A stretch of 64,000 nucleotides of DNA, taken from assembly GCA_964572985.1 (NCBI GenBank), contig CAZNIC010000006.1, forward strand, positions 5,044 to 69,043, written 5' to 3'. A program made the translations under genes and the position numbers. Below, piece after piece: positions 10,606-20,714 of this stretch. Positions within the stretch are counted from its first letter, which is position 1. Each line of letters begins with the position of its first letter. The notes under the pieces are model-generated. The model saw only the letters and a list, made by a program, of their open reading frames with translations. It was not told the DNA's origin and searched no databases. Source of the stretch: an uncultured Oscillospiraceae bacterium (GTDB taxonomy: Bacteria > Bacillota > Clostridia > UMGS1883).

Positions 10606-12063
10606 ATGCGAAAGACAGCAGCCTTTCTGATGACTGCTGTAATGCTTCTTTTATCAGTAATACAAACAAATGCTTTTACAATTGTTTACGACGGAAAAAC
10701 TGAAGATTATCCGTGGGACCCCATTGTACTGGTTGTTGACGGTAATACCGTTGAAACCAAGGAGATGCCGCCTATTATATTGAACGGCAGGACAATGGTT
10801 CCGGCGCGTGAATTTTTTGAACAGCTTGGCGCTACTGTTACATGGGACAACGATTCTCAAAGGGTTATTATTGAATATAACGGCGAGAAAATTATACTCA
10901 AAATTAATTCAAGGACGGTTTATATCGGTTCAAATTCTGCCAGTATTTCATCCTCCGACCCTGCACCAAAAATCGTTAATAATAAGACGATGATTCCTGT
11001 GAGATTTGTTGCAGAGGAGTTTGGATTTGACGTACAATGGGTTAATGATACAAGAACCGTCAGGATTACGTCTCCGGACGCAGATTCGGTGAAACTGACA
11101 AATGTGACGTTGTCATCAGAGGATGATACTGATTGTGTTTTTATACAGCTTGATGAATTTGTAAACCCAAATGTTTTTAAAATGAGTGAACCCGACAGGA
11201 TTGTTATTGACGTGTACGGTGCAAAAGCCACCATTAAAGACGGCAATATCGAAAAAGAAGGTTCGGCGGTTAAAGGTATACGCTACAGTCAACACGAAGA
11301 CAGATTCAGAGTTGTTGCGGATTTAAAAGCAGAAGCGGATTTTGAAGTGTTAAAGCTTAAAAACGGTGTTGAAATTTCAATCATCAAAACCGGTGAGGAA
11401 ATCGTTCCTGATAATAACGAAAACGGCAACTCGTCATCCGAGGAAAACGTAACCGAAGATAACGATATTAACGAGGACGCGTCAATTAATAACGCCGACG
11501 GCAAGCTGACTATTATACTTGATCCCGGGCACGGGGGCACAGATCCCGGTGCAACATATCCTGTTGGTGTGAAAAATCCTGATGTAAAAGAAAAAGATAT
11601 TACGCTTGATGTGGCACTGCGCGTTAAAGGACAGCTTGAGGCTGCAGGATTAAATGTAATCATGACAAGGACAAGCGATGTTTATCCCACACTGAAAGAA
11701 CGCGTTGAAATGGCAAATAATTCGTCAGCGGATTTATATGTATCCATTCACGTAAATGCAATGGATAACAAGGATGAAATTGACGGCGCACAGGTGTATT
11801 ATCATAAGGATTCCGAGTTTGGTAAAAAACTTGCGAAATATGTATACGAAAGCATTATTGAACACACATCTCTTACAAGAAGAGGCATACAGGACGGCTC
11901 TTCGCTTTATGTCTTAAAAAACACAAAAATGCCCGCAATACTTACCGAGGGCGGCTTCATTACAAACCAGGAAGACCGTGAATATATAAATAGCGAAAAG
12001 GGCAGAAAAGAGATGGCAGACGCAATAAGCAAAGGTATTCTGGAGGCGCTTGATTTATTATGA
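10606..12063 (+). CDS. N-acetylmuramoyl-L-alanine amidase (Amidase_3) with N-terminal copper-amine-oxidase-like 'stalk' repeats and an AMIN-like domain
   Basis: Signal peptide. Two 'NG(R/K)TM(I/V)P(A/V)R' Cu-amine-oxidase-N repeats. Amidase_3 motifs 'ILDPGHGGTDPGA' and 'SIHVNA'. Confidence 0.85.
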   Translation: MRKTAAFLMTAVMLLLSVIQTNAFTIVYDGKTEDYPWDPIVLVVDGNTVETKEMPPIILNGRTMVPAREFFEQLGATVTWDNDSQRVIIEYNGEKIILKINSRTVYIGSNSASISSSDPAPKIVNNKTMIPVRFVAEEFGFDVQWVNDTRTVRITSPDADSVKLTNVTLSSEDDTDCVFIQLDEFVNPNVFKMSEPDRIVIDVYGAKATIKDGNIEKEGSAVKGIRYSQHEDRFRVVADLKAEADFEVLKLKNGVEISIIKTGEEIVPDNNENGNSSSEENVTEDNDINEDASINNADGKLTIILDPGHGGTDPGATYPVGVKNPDVKEKDITLDVALRVKGQLEAAGLNVIMTRTSDVYPTLKERVEMANNSSADLYVSIHVNAMDNKDEIDGAQVYYHKDSEFGKKLAKYVYESIIEHTSLTRRGIQDGSSLYVLKNTKMPAILTEGGFITNQEDREYINSEKGRKEMADAISKGILEALDLL

Positions 12064-12500
12064 GAATTATAGTTGATGCGGACGCATGCCCTGTGAAAAA
12101 TATTATTATAAATACTGCCAAAAAATACAACCTTGAGGTATACATGGTTGTAGATACAAGCCATATTATAAATGATGGATATTCTACGGTTTTCACTGTA
12201 GATAAAGGTGCCGACAGTGCTGATATTTATCTTATCAATTTGGCTAAAAAAGGCGATATTATCGTAACACAGGATTACGGAGTTGCGGCTATGGCGCTGG
12301 GCAAAGGTGCTTTTGCCATTAACCAAAACGGTGTAGTTTATGATTCGTCCAACATAGATTCGCTTCTTTTTGCACGCCATATCGGTAAAAAAATCAGACG
12401 GGCAGGCGGAAGAATTAATTCCGTGCCTAAAAGATGCGCAGACGACGATAAAAAATTTCAAGAAGTGTTCAGCATTTTAATAGAAAAGAACCTTGCGTAA
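12060..12500 (+). CDS. YaiI/YqgN (UPF0178, DUF188) family protein
   Basis: 'MRIIVDADACPV' N-terminus typical of DUF188. ATGA overlap with the amidase stop. Confidence 0.8.
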   Translation: MRIIVDADACPVKNIIINTAKKYNLEVYMVVDTSHIINDGYSTVFTVDKGADSADIYLINLAKKGDIIVTQDYGVAAMALGKGAFAINQNGVVYDSSNIDSLLFARHIGKKIRRAGGRINSVPKRCADDDKKFQEVFSILIEKNLA

Positions 12501-12520
12501 TGCAAGGTTCTTTTTGTGTG
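12488..12520. terminator. Hairpin terminator shared by convergent yaiI(+) and trkH(-)
   Basis: 'GAACCTTGCGTAATGCAAGGTTC' (9-bp perfect stem) followed by 'TTTTTGTG'. Confidence 0.7.
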
Positions 12521-12526
12521 AGTTTA

Positions 12527-13966
12527 CTATTTTCTGTGCCATGCTGATGGAGAAAAGAAAATAAGAAGCGGGAATATTTCCAATCTGCCTGCAAGCATAT
12601 CAAAAGAAAGAACAAGTTTGGAAAGCGGTGAAAACTGAGAAAAGTTGTACATTGGTCCGACTTTTCCAAGTCCGGGTCCCACATTGTTAAGATTTGCCGC
12701 AACTGCGGTAAAACTTGTAGTAAGGTCAAAACCGTCTGTCAAAATTATAAGAAACGATGCGACAAAAACAAAAATATATGTGGCAAAGTAAACATTTATA
12801 ATTCTGATGGTTTCGTGATTAATGGGCTTGTTATCCATTTTGAGTATTTTTACGCTTCGGGGATGAATAAGTGCAGAAAGCTGTTTTTTTACGGTTTTTG
12901 CATAAACAACAAAACGCGACACTTTGATACCGCCGCCCGTACTGCCGGCACAAGCACCGACAAACATCAGTATTACAAGGACAGCTTTTGCCAGAGGTGT
13001 CCAAAGATTGAAATCTGTAGTTGAAAATCCTGTACTCGTCATAATACTTGATGTTTGGAAAAATATATCCGTAATATTAAAATGTGACGGCGCAGATATA
13101 AACAGGGAAACACCTGTTATAAACGTTGCAATAAAGTAGATTGCAAAATACCAACGTAATTCTTCGTTTGAAAACGCATCTTTAAATTTGCGGGCAATTA
13201 ACAAAAAATAAACGTTGAAATTAACACCAAACAGTAACATGAAAACGGTAACAATATTCTGAGCTGCAACAGAATACGACGCCAAAGAATCATTGAGCGG
13301 AGCAAAACCGCCGGTGCCTGCAGTACCAAAGGTTATGCACAGAGCGTCAAACAAAGGCACTTTGGTAAAAAGAAGCAAAATCACCTGTACAACTGTCAGC
13401 GAAAAATAAAGCAGATATAATATGGCTGCGCTTTGCCTGAGCTTTGGTACAAGCTTGCCGACAGATGGTCCCGTACTTTCGGCTTTCAGAATATAAACTG
13501 CCTGTCCGCTTGCCTGGGGCATAATTGCAAGAATAAACACAAGAACACCCATGCCGCCCAACCAGTTTGTAAAACAACGCCAAAAGCTCATGCCGCGGCT
13601 CAAAGCTTCAATATCGGAAAGTATAGTAGCGCCTGTTGTGGTAAACCCGGATACAACTTCATACACGGCATCTATATAAAAAGGAATTTCGCCCGAAACC
13701 GTAAAGGGGATAGCAGCTATCAACGACAGCACAATCCATGCAAGTGATGCCACAATAAAACCTTCACGGGCAAAGAAACGTCTGTTGGAAGGTTTTTTCA
13801 GTTTTACAATAAAGCCGACAAGTCCAAAAAATATTGCGCAACCTATAAAAATAAGGGCTGTTGAGCTCTCGCCGTATATAACGGAAACCAGTGCGGGCAA
13901 AAGCATAAATGCTGATATTGTGACTATAACCCAGCCTGTTATATATCGAATAACTGAATAATTCAT
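12527..13966 (-). CDS. trkH: TrkH/KtrB-family K+ uptake membrane subunit
   Basis: Multi-TM protein with repeated MPM (membrane-pore-membrane) motifs. Likely start ATG 'MNYSV' at 13966; the ORF track begins at an upstream TTG. Confidence 0.88.
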   Translation of the reverse strand: MNYSVIRYITGWVIVTISAFMLLPALVSVIYGESSTALIFIGCAIFFGLVGFIVKLKKPSNRRFFAREGFIVASLAWIVLSLIAAIPFTVSGEIPFYIDAVYEVVSGFTTTGATILSDIEALSRGMSFWRCFTNWLGGMGVLVFILAIMPQASGQAVYILKAESTGPSVGKLVPKLRQSAAILYLLYFSLTVVQVILLLFTKVPLFDALCITFGTAGTGGFAPLNDSLASYSVAAQNIVTVFMLLFGVNFNVYFLLIARKFKDAFSNEELRWYFAIYFIATFITGVSLFISAPSHFNITDIFFQTSSIMTSTGFSTTDFNLWTPLAKAVLVILMFVGACAGSTGGGIKVSRFVVYAKTVKKQLSALIHPRSVKILKMDNKPINHETIRIINVYFATYIFVFVASFLIILTDGFDLTTSFTAVAANLNNVGPGLGKVGPMYNFSQFSPLSKLVLSFDMLAGRLEIFPLLIFFSPSAWHRK

Positions 13967-13967
13967 A

Positions 13968-15347
13968 TTAATGACCCTTTTCAATAATATCGGAAAGAGA
14001 AGTGATTTGATTTGAAGACGTTGTTACAACAATAACCGTATCACCGATATCAAGAGTATCACTACCTTTTGGGATAATCATTTTGCCTTTTCGTGTAATA
14101 CTGCCTAAAATCACATCTTTTCGGAATTTTAAATTCATAATCGGCACGTTTGTAATGTTTTGTTCAGCATGCTTCTTTTTTACCTTTAATTCCAGAGCCT
14201 CGGCTTTACCGCCCAGCATTTTGTAAAGGGTGAGGATTTCGTCCGGATGCTCGGAGTTGCTCATCGCTCTTACGTAACGCAAAATCTGTTCAGCGGTAAT
14301 ATATTTTGAAAATACCGGAGTGCCGATAGGGAGATTGGACAGGATTTTTTCGAAAGCCATACGGCTGATTTTTGTGATTACCTTTGCTTTGGAAGTTTCA
14401 CTTGCATAAAGAGACGTGAGAACATTACCCTCGTCAAAATTGGTAAGGGAAACAAAAGCGTCTACCTCTTCAATGCCTTCCTCTTCTAACAACTCTTCAT
14501 CAGAGGCGTCACCGCACAAAATCATTGCTTTAGGAAGTTGTTCGCTCAGCTCCTGACATCTCTCATAATCTTTTTCGATGATTTTGACAAGCTGTTTGCC
14601 GCGAGAAAGCTTTTCGGCAAGATAATAAGATATCATGCCTCCGCCTGTAATCATAATCGATTTAACGGGCTTTGCGTCAATACCTATTTTCTTTAATGCG
14701 GATGTAACTTCATACAGCGGGAGTACAATAGATATGTAATCACCCGAATGAAGAATTGTAGTACCTTTTGGTATTATGATTTCGTCTCCGTGTTCAACGA
14801 TGCAAACAAGCATTTTATCCGAAATTTTGGAGTGAAGTTCATATATTGCGAGATTGTCAAGGGGAGAAGTAGGGGGAATCTGAATTCTTATGATTGTTGC
14901 ACGCCCCTTGGCAAAGGTGTCAACTTCCAACGCGGAGGGAATTTGGATAAGTCTTTCAATTTCGTTTGCAACAGTTATGTCAGGATTTACTGCCATTGCA
15001 AGACCTAATTCCTCTTGAATAAAACGGATTTCAGCATAATATTCAGGGTCACGTACCCTGGCAATGGTTTTACAGTTACCGGCTTTTTTGGCAATAAGAC
15101 AAGAAAGCAAGCTTGTTTCGTCATTGTCAGTAACCGCAATAAGAACATCTGCAGAGGCAATTCCTGCTTCAATCTGAGCTTTATAGCTGGTACCGCTGCC
15201 TACAATACCTTGTATATCAAAACTGTTTACGGCTTGTTCGACAATCTTTGCATTTGTGTCAAGAAGAGTAATATTATGACCTTCGGCACCAAGCTGTTCA
15301 CAAAGAGTGAGCCCAACCTTGCCGCCGCCTACAATAATAATTCGCAT
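13968..15347 (-). CDS. trkA: TrkA K+ uptake NAD-binding regulatory subunit (two RCK_N plus RCK_C)
   Basis: 'MRIIIVGGGKVG' Rossmann motif at the N-terminus, and a second 'IMITGGGMISYYLA' Rossmann motif. Confidence 0.9.
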   Translation of the reverse strand: MRIIIVGGGKVGLTLCEQLGAEGHNITLLDTNAKIVEQAVNSFDIQGIVGSGTSYKAQIEAGIASADVLIAVTDNDETSLLSCLIAKKAGNCKTIARVRDPEYYAEIRFIQEELGLAMAVNPDITVANEIERLIQIPSALEVDTFAKGRATIIRIQIPPTSPLDNLAIYELHSKISDKMLVCIVEHGDEIIIPKGTTILHSGDYISIVLPLYEVTSALKKIGIDAKPVKSIMITGGGMISYYLAEKLSRGKQLVKIIEKDYERCQELSEQLPKAMILCGDASDEELLEEEGIEEVDAFVSLTNFDEGNVLTSLYASETSKAKVITKISRMAFEKILSNLPIGTPVFSKYITAEQILRYVRAMSNSEHPDEILTLYKMLGGKAEALELKVKKKHAEQNITNVPIMNLKFRKDVILGSITRKGKMIIPKGSDTLDIGDTVIVVTTSSNQITSLSDIIEKGH

Positions 15348-15368
15348 GCAAATTTCCGACCTTTCTTA

Positions 15369-16634
15369 TTACTTTGCGTCTATATCTATCAAATCTGATT
15401 TTAGTTTGGAATATACAATTTTCTGGCCTGAATAAAGGCTGTAATAGCCCGATATGACATAGCTTACGGCAACTGCCATGGCAAAATATAAAACACCGCC
15501 GGTGCCGAAAAGTTCTATGCTTAAAATAATTGAAGCAATCGGACAATTGACTACTCCGCAAAAAAGTGCTACCAAACCGATTGCCGCAGCAAAGGACGGA
15601 TTGAGACCAACCAGAGGAGCAACAAGTACACCAAAAGTTGAACCGATAAAGAAAGTGGGGACAATTTCTCCGCCTTTAAATCCGGATGAAAGAGTTATTA
15701 CGGTGAACACAAGCTTCAAAATAAAAGCTTCGGGGCGGGCAGTGCCATTTTCAACAGCTTTTGCGATAATATCCATGCCTGCGCCGTTGTAATCAAACGT
15801 ACCCAACAAAAGGGTAAGAACAATTACAATTGCAGCACCTGTGATAACCCTGATATATTTGTTTGGTATTTTTGTTTTTAAAAATTTGTTTGTGTTGTGC
15901 ATTGATAACACAAACAATATACTGATAATCGCAACTAAAACCGAAAGAACAAGCACTCCGGTTACGGAGACAAAGTTAATTTCGGGCGCAGCGCTTATCA
16001 AGAATTCGGTTTTCTCAACGTGAAAAAATCCGGCTATTGAAAACGAAACCAGCGAACTGAAAACAACAGGAAGAAGTGCACTGTAATGAATTACTCCAAC
16101 ATTTACAACCTCAAGTGCAAATATTGCCGCTGTAAGCGGAGTGCCGAACACCGCACTGAAAAGCGCGCTCATTCCGCACATTATGCAAACAGACGTATTA
16201 AAATCCTTTAATTTCAAAATACATGCAAATTTTGACCCTATGCTTCCTCCAATCTGAAGAGCAGCACCTTCTCTGCCGGAAGAGCCTCCGCACAAGTGGG
16301 TAAGAGTAGTGCTTATAATAATGAGCGGAGCAACAAGAAAAGACACCTTTCCACCGGTACGCACCGAATCAAGAACCTGATTTGTGCCTTTGTCATTGTC
16401 CATATTACATGTATGATATAAGAAAACAATGATAATGCCGGCTATCGGCAAAAGAAAAATAACATCGGGATGATTAGTGCGGAAATGTGTTGCTGTATCA
16501 ACACTAAAATGGAACAAAACTCCCGCCAAAGCACCGATACTACCAATGATTATTGAAAAAACAATCCATTTTGCAAGTGTGAGGGCATATTCGCCCGCCT
16601 TTTTTGATTGTGACAAAACCCTGTTAAAAAGCAT
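15369..16634 (-). CDS. Voltage-gated ClC-family chloride channel/antiporter
   Basis: 'GSSGREGAALQIGGSIG' (the GREGP-type selectivity motif) in a polytopic membrane protein. Confidence 0.88.
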   Translation of the reverse strand: MLFNRVLSQSKKAGEYALTLAKWIVFSIIIGSIGALAGVLFHFSVDTATHFRTNHPDVIFLLPIAGIIIVFLYHTCNMDNDKGTNQVLDSVRTGGKVSFLVAPLIIISTTLTHLCGGSSGREGAALQIGGSIGSKFACILKLKDFNTSVCIMCGMSALFSAVFGTPLTAAIFALEVVNVGVIHYSALLPVVFSSLVSFSIAGFFHVEKTEFLISAAPEINFVSVTGVLVLSVLVAIISILFVLSMHNTNKFLKTKIPNKYIRVITGAAIVIVLTLLLGTFDYNGAGMDIIAKAVENGTARPEAFILKLVFTVITLSSGFKGGEIVPTFFIGSTFGVLVAPLVGLNPSFAAAIGLVALFCGVVNCPIASIILSIELFGTGGVLYFAMAVAVSYVISGYYSLYSGQKIVYSKLKSDLIDIDAK

Positions 16635-16719
16635 TTTGTGTTCACTCCTATAGTCTGAAACTAACCTAGTTTACTCTATCACAAGAATTTTATTATGTAA
16701 AGTTAAATTTTCATATATC

Positions 16720-16748
16720 TTGACAATAAATATTCAAGAATTTATAAT
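16720..16748 (+). promoter_or_regulatory. Consensus sigma-A promoter (TTGACA, 17 nt spacer, TATAAT)
   Basis: TTGACA at 16720-16725, a 17-nt spacer, and TATAAT at 16743-16748. About 100 nt upstream of the 16848 gene, in the divergent region opposite the ClC gene. Confidence 0.6.
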
Positions 16749-16847
16749 ATAAAAGTGGGTTTGTTTAAAAATTTATCATTAAATTTTTGTTAAAAACCTT
16801 ACATGCTTTTATTTTTATGATATTATTATATAAGATACTCGGAAGGA

Positions 16848-17594
16848 ATGGTATTGAAAATGAAAAATCAACAAAAAAAACAAAGAACTATTGATAAGCA
16901 ATGGCTTTTTTTTATTGCTGTTGGCGTAATTGTGCTTGCGGTTGTAGCAGCACTTATTATATTTGATAATACAAAGACCGATCCTACAGTGCCTTCTGCC
17001 GCAACGGTTTTGGCAGATGCTCAGTCAGAGGAGCTTGACCTCAACGCTGTTGATGCAAACAGTGAAGAGGCAAAAATGGTCAGAGCAACTGCTGCAAACT
17101 ATCTTGATACATTTATATCATGTGATTTTGAAACATTAAAAACATTGATTCATCCTGATGATGCACCTTTCTTTAATTTTGAATCGGAAACTCAGGTTGA
17201 ATTTTACAAGGCAATGTTTCCTCTTGTCAAATATGAAATCAAATCCGTGTGGGAAAAAGACGGTGTTTACGGAGCTCTTACGACTATTACATCACCCAAC
17301 ATGGCAGAAGCAATAGGGGACATACATATTGAACAGATTGATAAAGTTATTTCGGGAGAGGATGCTTCTGCTCAGACAATGGAAGAAATCTCCGATAAAA
17401 TTCTCACAGCAGTAAAAAGCGGCAGTTTGGCTGACGCAAGTTATGATGTTTATGTTATTGTCCAAATTGAAGACGGACAATATGTTCCCAGATGTAACGA
17501 GTATATAGCAAATGCGCTTCTTGGCGGGTATCCCGAGGCAAGCTATGAACTCGCCAGCACAATGATGGAAACAATAGATGTTTTGAGCGAATAA
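16848..17594 (+). CDS. Hypothetical membrane-anchored protein (N-terminal TM, acidic extracytoplasmic domain)
   Basis: ORF with RBS GGAAGG. Single N-terminal TM 'WLFFIAVGVIVLAVVAALIIF'. No recognisable catalytic motif. First gene of an operon with the RR/HK pair. Confidence 0.6.
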   Translation: MVLKMKNQQKKQRTIDKQWLFFIAVGVIVLAVVAALIIFDNTKTDPTVPSAATVLADAQSEELDLNAVDANSEEAKMVRATAANYLDTFISCDFETLKTLIHPDDAPFFNFESETQVEFYKAMFPLVKYEIKSVWEKDGVYGALTTITSPNMAEAIGDIHIEQIDKVISGEDASAQTMEEISDKILTAVKSGSLADASYDVYVIVQIEDGQYVPRCNEYIANALLGGYPEASYELASTMMETIDVLSE

Positions 17595-17603
17595 GGTGAT
17601 TTT

Positions 17604-18293
17604 ATGGCAGATTCTGTAACAAAAGCGAGAATACTGGTTGTTGATGATGAATATAAAATGCGCAGGCTGATAAAAGATTTTCTTGAAGCAAACGGTTACG
17701 TTGTTATTGAGGCAGCTGACGGAGAAGAAGCATTAAATATCTTTTACACCACAAAGGACATTGATCTTATTATTTTAGATGTTATGATGCCCAAAATCGG
17801 CGGTTTTGATGTTTTGATGGAAATGCGCGCTAACAGTTCCGTTCCGATTATAATGCTCACCGCAAGGGCAGGAGAATGCGACGAGATTATGGGTTATGAT
17901 ATAGGCGCAGACCAGTATATAACAAAGCCTTTTAGCCCAAAGGTTCTTGTTGCGAGAGTCGAAGCCTTGTTAAGGCGTACAATGGTGCAGAAAACATCGT
18001 GCTTCAATCTTGGCGGAATTACAGTTGACAAGGTTGCTCACACTGTTTTTGTAAACGGAGAAGAAATTTATCTTAGCGTTAAAGAATTTGATTTATTAAC
18101 ATACATGATTGAAAATCAGGGAATTACACTATCCCGCGAAAAAATTCTTGACAATGTGTGGAACTATGATTATTTTGGCGATGCTCGCACAATTGACACA
18201 CACATTACAAAGTTGCGAAAAAAGCTCGGAAATCTGGGGTGCTATCTCAACACGGTGCGCGGAATAGGATATAAATTTGAGGTGTCGAAATGA
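17604..18293 (+). CDS. OmpR-family response regulator (REC plus winged-helix)
   Basis: 'ILVVDDE' at the N-terminus, phospho-acceptor 'ILDVMMP', and a C-terminal 'VRGIGYKF' wing. Confidence 0.92.
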   Translation: MADSVTKARILVVDDEYKMRRLIKDFLEANGYVVIEAADGEEALNIFYTTKDIDLIILDVMMPKIGGFDVLMEMRANSSVPIIMLTARAGECDEIMGYDIGADQYITKPFSPKVLVARVEALLRRTMVQKTSCFNLGGITVDKVAHTVFVNGEEIYLSVKEFDLLTYMIENQGITLSREKILDNVWNYDYFGDARTIDTHITKLRKKLGNLGCYLNTVRGIGYKFEVSK

Positions 18294-19870
18294 TCAGACG
18301 TTCATTGACCCGTAAAATGATTATAGTTTTTTCGGCAGTTCTTATTGCGGTTGTTGTTCTAAACATTGTCATTAACGGTCTTTTGTTACCCAGGGTTCAC
18401 CGTGCAAATAAGGTTGGTACAATGGAGTCCTTATATTTGGACCTCAAAGAGGAATATGCGTCCGGGTCAGACAGTGACAATGCCATTGAAATAGTAAAGG
18501 ATTCTTTGTCAAACCACAATCTCAGGGTGTTTATATGGGATGAAAACAACAGCCTTGTAATTGATTCGTTGCCGCTCTCAAGAAACGATAACAGGGAATT
18601 CACAAGGAAGGCTGCACCCGAGGCACCGACTTTTGAAGGGACAAACTCTTCCGAAAGACGCGAATTTCAACCTGAATTTCGATTTGACAGAAACAATGAA
18701 ATTTTCATTATGGATATTGATATTCCCGAAGAGCACGTCATAGATTCAAATTCTGACTATACTCTTTTCTCTGTAGAAACATACGAGCATTCTGACGAAG
18801 AAAATATTTGTCTCAGGGGCAAATTTGAAAATGGCTATCGAATATTGATTCAGATGCCCGTAGCATCTATAGATGAAGCGGTGTATATATCAAACATCCT
18901 TTTGCTGATTGTCGGCACGATTATGCTTATAATCGGTATTATAGTTGTTGCGATTACTTCGCGTTCCATTGCAAAACCCGTAAAAGAGTTATCGGGAATT
19001 GCTCAATCAATGAAAAATCTTGACTTTTCGGTTAAATATGAAAGCAACCGTATAGATGAAATTGGTAGCTTGGGCGCCAGTATTAATGCTTTGAGCGAAA
19101 AACTTGAACAAACAATCGGCGAGCTTTGCGAAAAGAATGACAGGCTTGAAAAGGATATAGAACTTAAAAGCAGAATTGACACTATGCGCAAGGAGTTTAT
19201 TGCAAATGCGTCCCATGAACTGAAAACTCCCATTGCTCTGATACGTGGATATGCGGAAGGGCTTAGTGACAATATTGTTACAGACAGTGAATCGCGTAAG
19301 CTCTATACCGATGTTATAACAGAAGAAGCTGACCGTATGGATTATATAACGCGTCAAATGCTCGAATTGATGGAGATTGATGCTACGGATGAAATCCTTA
19401 ACGGACAAGAATTTTCATTGACGCTTCTTGCAGAAGAGGTTATCAACAGTTTTGAAGTTATTCTCAAAACAAAAGATATTTCGCTCGACATTGAAAGCGA
19501 AGGCGAATGTAACGTAAAAGGAGACCGTTACAAAATTTATCAAGCTGTTACAAACTATATTTCCAATGCTATCAACCATGTTGATGATAAAAAAATTGTC
19601 AGAGTTTATTTAAAGAATTATGATGACAAAGTGGAATTTGTGGTGTATAATAGTGGAGTTAATATCCCGGAAGATGACAAAAATGCTATTTGGGAACGTT
19701 TTTACAAGGTTGACAAGGCACACACCCGTGAATACGGCGGTACAGGCTTGGGTCTTTCAATTGTAAAATCCGTTATTTCATTACACCACGGAGATTATGG
19801 TGTGAGAAACCTTTCGGACGGCGTAGAATTCTATTTTACTTTATACAAGGAGATATGTGATGAAACTTAA
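18290..19870 (+). CDS. Sensor histidine kinase (2 TM, ~150-aa extracytoplasmic loop, HAMP, HisKA, HATPase_c)
   Basis: 'SHELKTPIALIRGY' H-box and 'GGTGLGLSIV' G-box. ATGA overlap with the RR gene. Confidence 0.9.
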   Translation: MIRRSLTRKMIIVFSAVLIAVVVLNIVINGLLLPRVHRANKVGTMESLYLDLKEEYASGSDSDNAIEIVKDSLSNHNLRVFIWDENNSLVIDSLPLSRNDNREFTRKAAPEAPTFEGTNSSERREFQPEFRFDRNNEIFIMDIDIPEEHVIDSNSDYTLFSVETYEHSDEENICLRGKFENGYRILIQMPVASIDEAVYISNILLLIVGTIMLIIGIIVVAITSRSIAKPVKELSGIAQSMKNLDFSVKYESNRIDEIGSLGASINALSEKLEQTIGELCEKNDRLEKDIELKSRIDTMRKEFIANASHELKTPIALIRGYAEGLSDNIVTDSESRKLYTDVITEEADRMDYITRQMLELMEIDATDEILNGQEFSLTLLAEEVINSFEVILKTKDISLDIESEGECNVKGDRYKIYQAVTNYISNAINHVDDKKIVRVYLKNYDDKVEFVVYNSGVNIPEDDKNAIWERFYKVDKAHTREYGGTGLGLSIVKSVISLHHGDYGVRNLSDGVEFYFTLYKEICDET

Positions 19871-20630
19871 AAGTTTATTATTAGTTTTAATACTGGTTTT
19901 TCAGTTTTCGATTACGGGAGTTGTGGCTGCAGAAGATAACACGCCTGCTCTTGATTTTAATCAGTTTATAAGCGAAGACGGAACAGCATATATTCCTGAG
20001 TATTTTAACGGCGCACAGATAACCGAGATTCCGCAAAAGGCTTTTTACAACAATGCAAATCTGAAAAAGGTTGTAATGCCTCAGTCGGTTACAAAAATCG
20101 GAAACTACGCTTTTTACAAATGCACAAGCCTTACAGAAGTTGTTTTTTCTGAAAACATAACACAAATAGGCGTTAATGCTTTTGCAAATTGTACAAGTAT
20201 TATAACGCTTAATATGCCGACAAAGCTTGAAAGCGTAGCTGAATTTGCTTTTATGAATTGCAAGGGCTTAACAAATGTCGGTTTTATGGATAGCATCCAT
20301 TCAATCGGTTTTGCATCCTTTGCAAACTGCACTGCTTTGTACACTGTGCAGTTTGGCGCAAATCTTGAAAACATAGCAGCATCCGCATACGCAGGATGCA
20401 CCGCTTTGGAAAAAGTTATTCTTCCCGAAAAGCTTGTAAGACTTAACGAAGATACGTTTTCAAATTGTGCAAATCTTAAAGAGATTGTGTTAAGAAGTAC
20501 ATCTACAACAGTAAACCATAATGCGTATCGTAATTCCCCTCTTGCCGAGGTTAAAGTCGAACCGATTATTGTGACGGAGTTTGAAGAAATAGCTGATGCT
20601 CCTGTTGTTGAAATAACACCGACGGTTTAA
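19860..20630 (+). CDS. Secreted BspA-type leucine-rich-repeat (LRR_5) protein
   Basis: Signal peptide. Repeated 'I(G/P)xxAFxxC(T/K)(S/A)L' units about 23 aa long. RBS AAGGAG 7 nt before ATG at 19860; the ORF track begins at an upstream GTG at 19857. Confidence 0.8.
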   Translation: MKLKSLLLVLILVFQFSITGVVAAEDNTPALDFNQFISEDGTAYIPEYFNGAQITEIPQKAFYNNANLKKVVMPQSVTKIGNYAFYKCTSLTEVVFSENITQIGVNAFANCTSIITLNMPTKLESVAEFAFMNCKGLTNVGFMDSIHSIGFASFANCTALYTVQFGANLENIAASAYAGCTALEKVILPEKLVRLNEDTFSNCANLKEIVLRSTSTTVNHNAYRNSPLAEVKVEPIIVTEFEEIADAPVVEITPTV

Positions 20631-20635
20631 TTGCT

Positions 20636-20670
20636 GCAAGATACCACCTTTTTAGGTGGTATTTTTTGTT
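20636..20670 (+). terminator. Rho-independent terminator
   Basis: 'ATACCACCTTTTTAGGTGGTATTTTTTGTT': a 9-bp stem followed by a T-run. Confidence 0.8.
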
Positions 20671-20714
20671 AACGGAAACACTTTCTGTATATTTTTTATT
20701 TTGATGGAAAATAT

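Noticed and set aside
11907-12461. 184-aa minus-strand ORF
   Set aside because: Antisense across the amidase 3' end and yaiI. The sense genes have clear domain matches and coupled start/stop codons.
16635-16847. Possible c-di-AMP (ydaO) riboswitch upstream of the ClC/trkA/trkH genes
   Set aside because: The region is AT-rich promoter DNA without the conserved ydaO helices or ACGG/CCGGG blocks.
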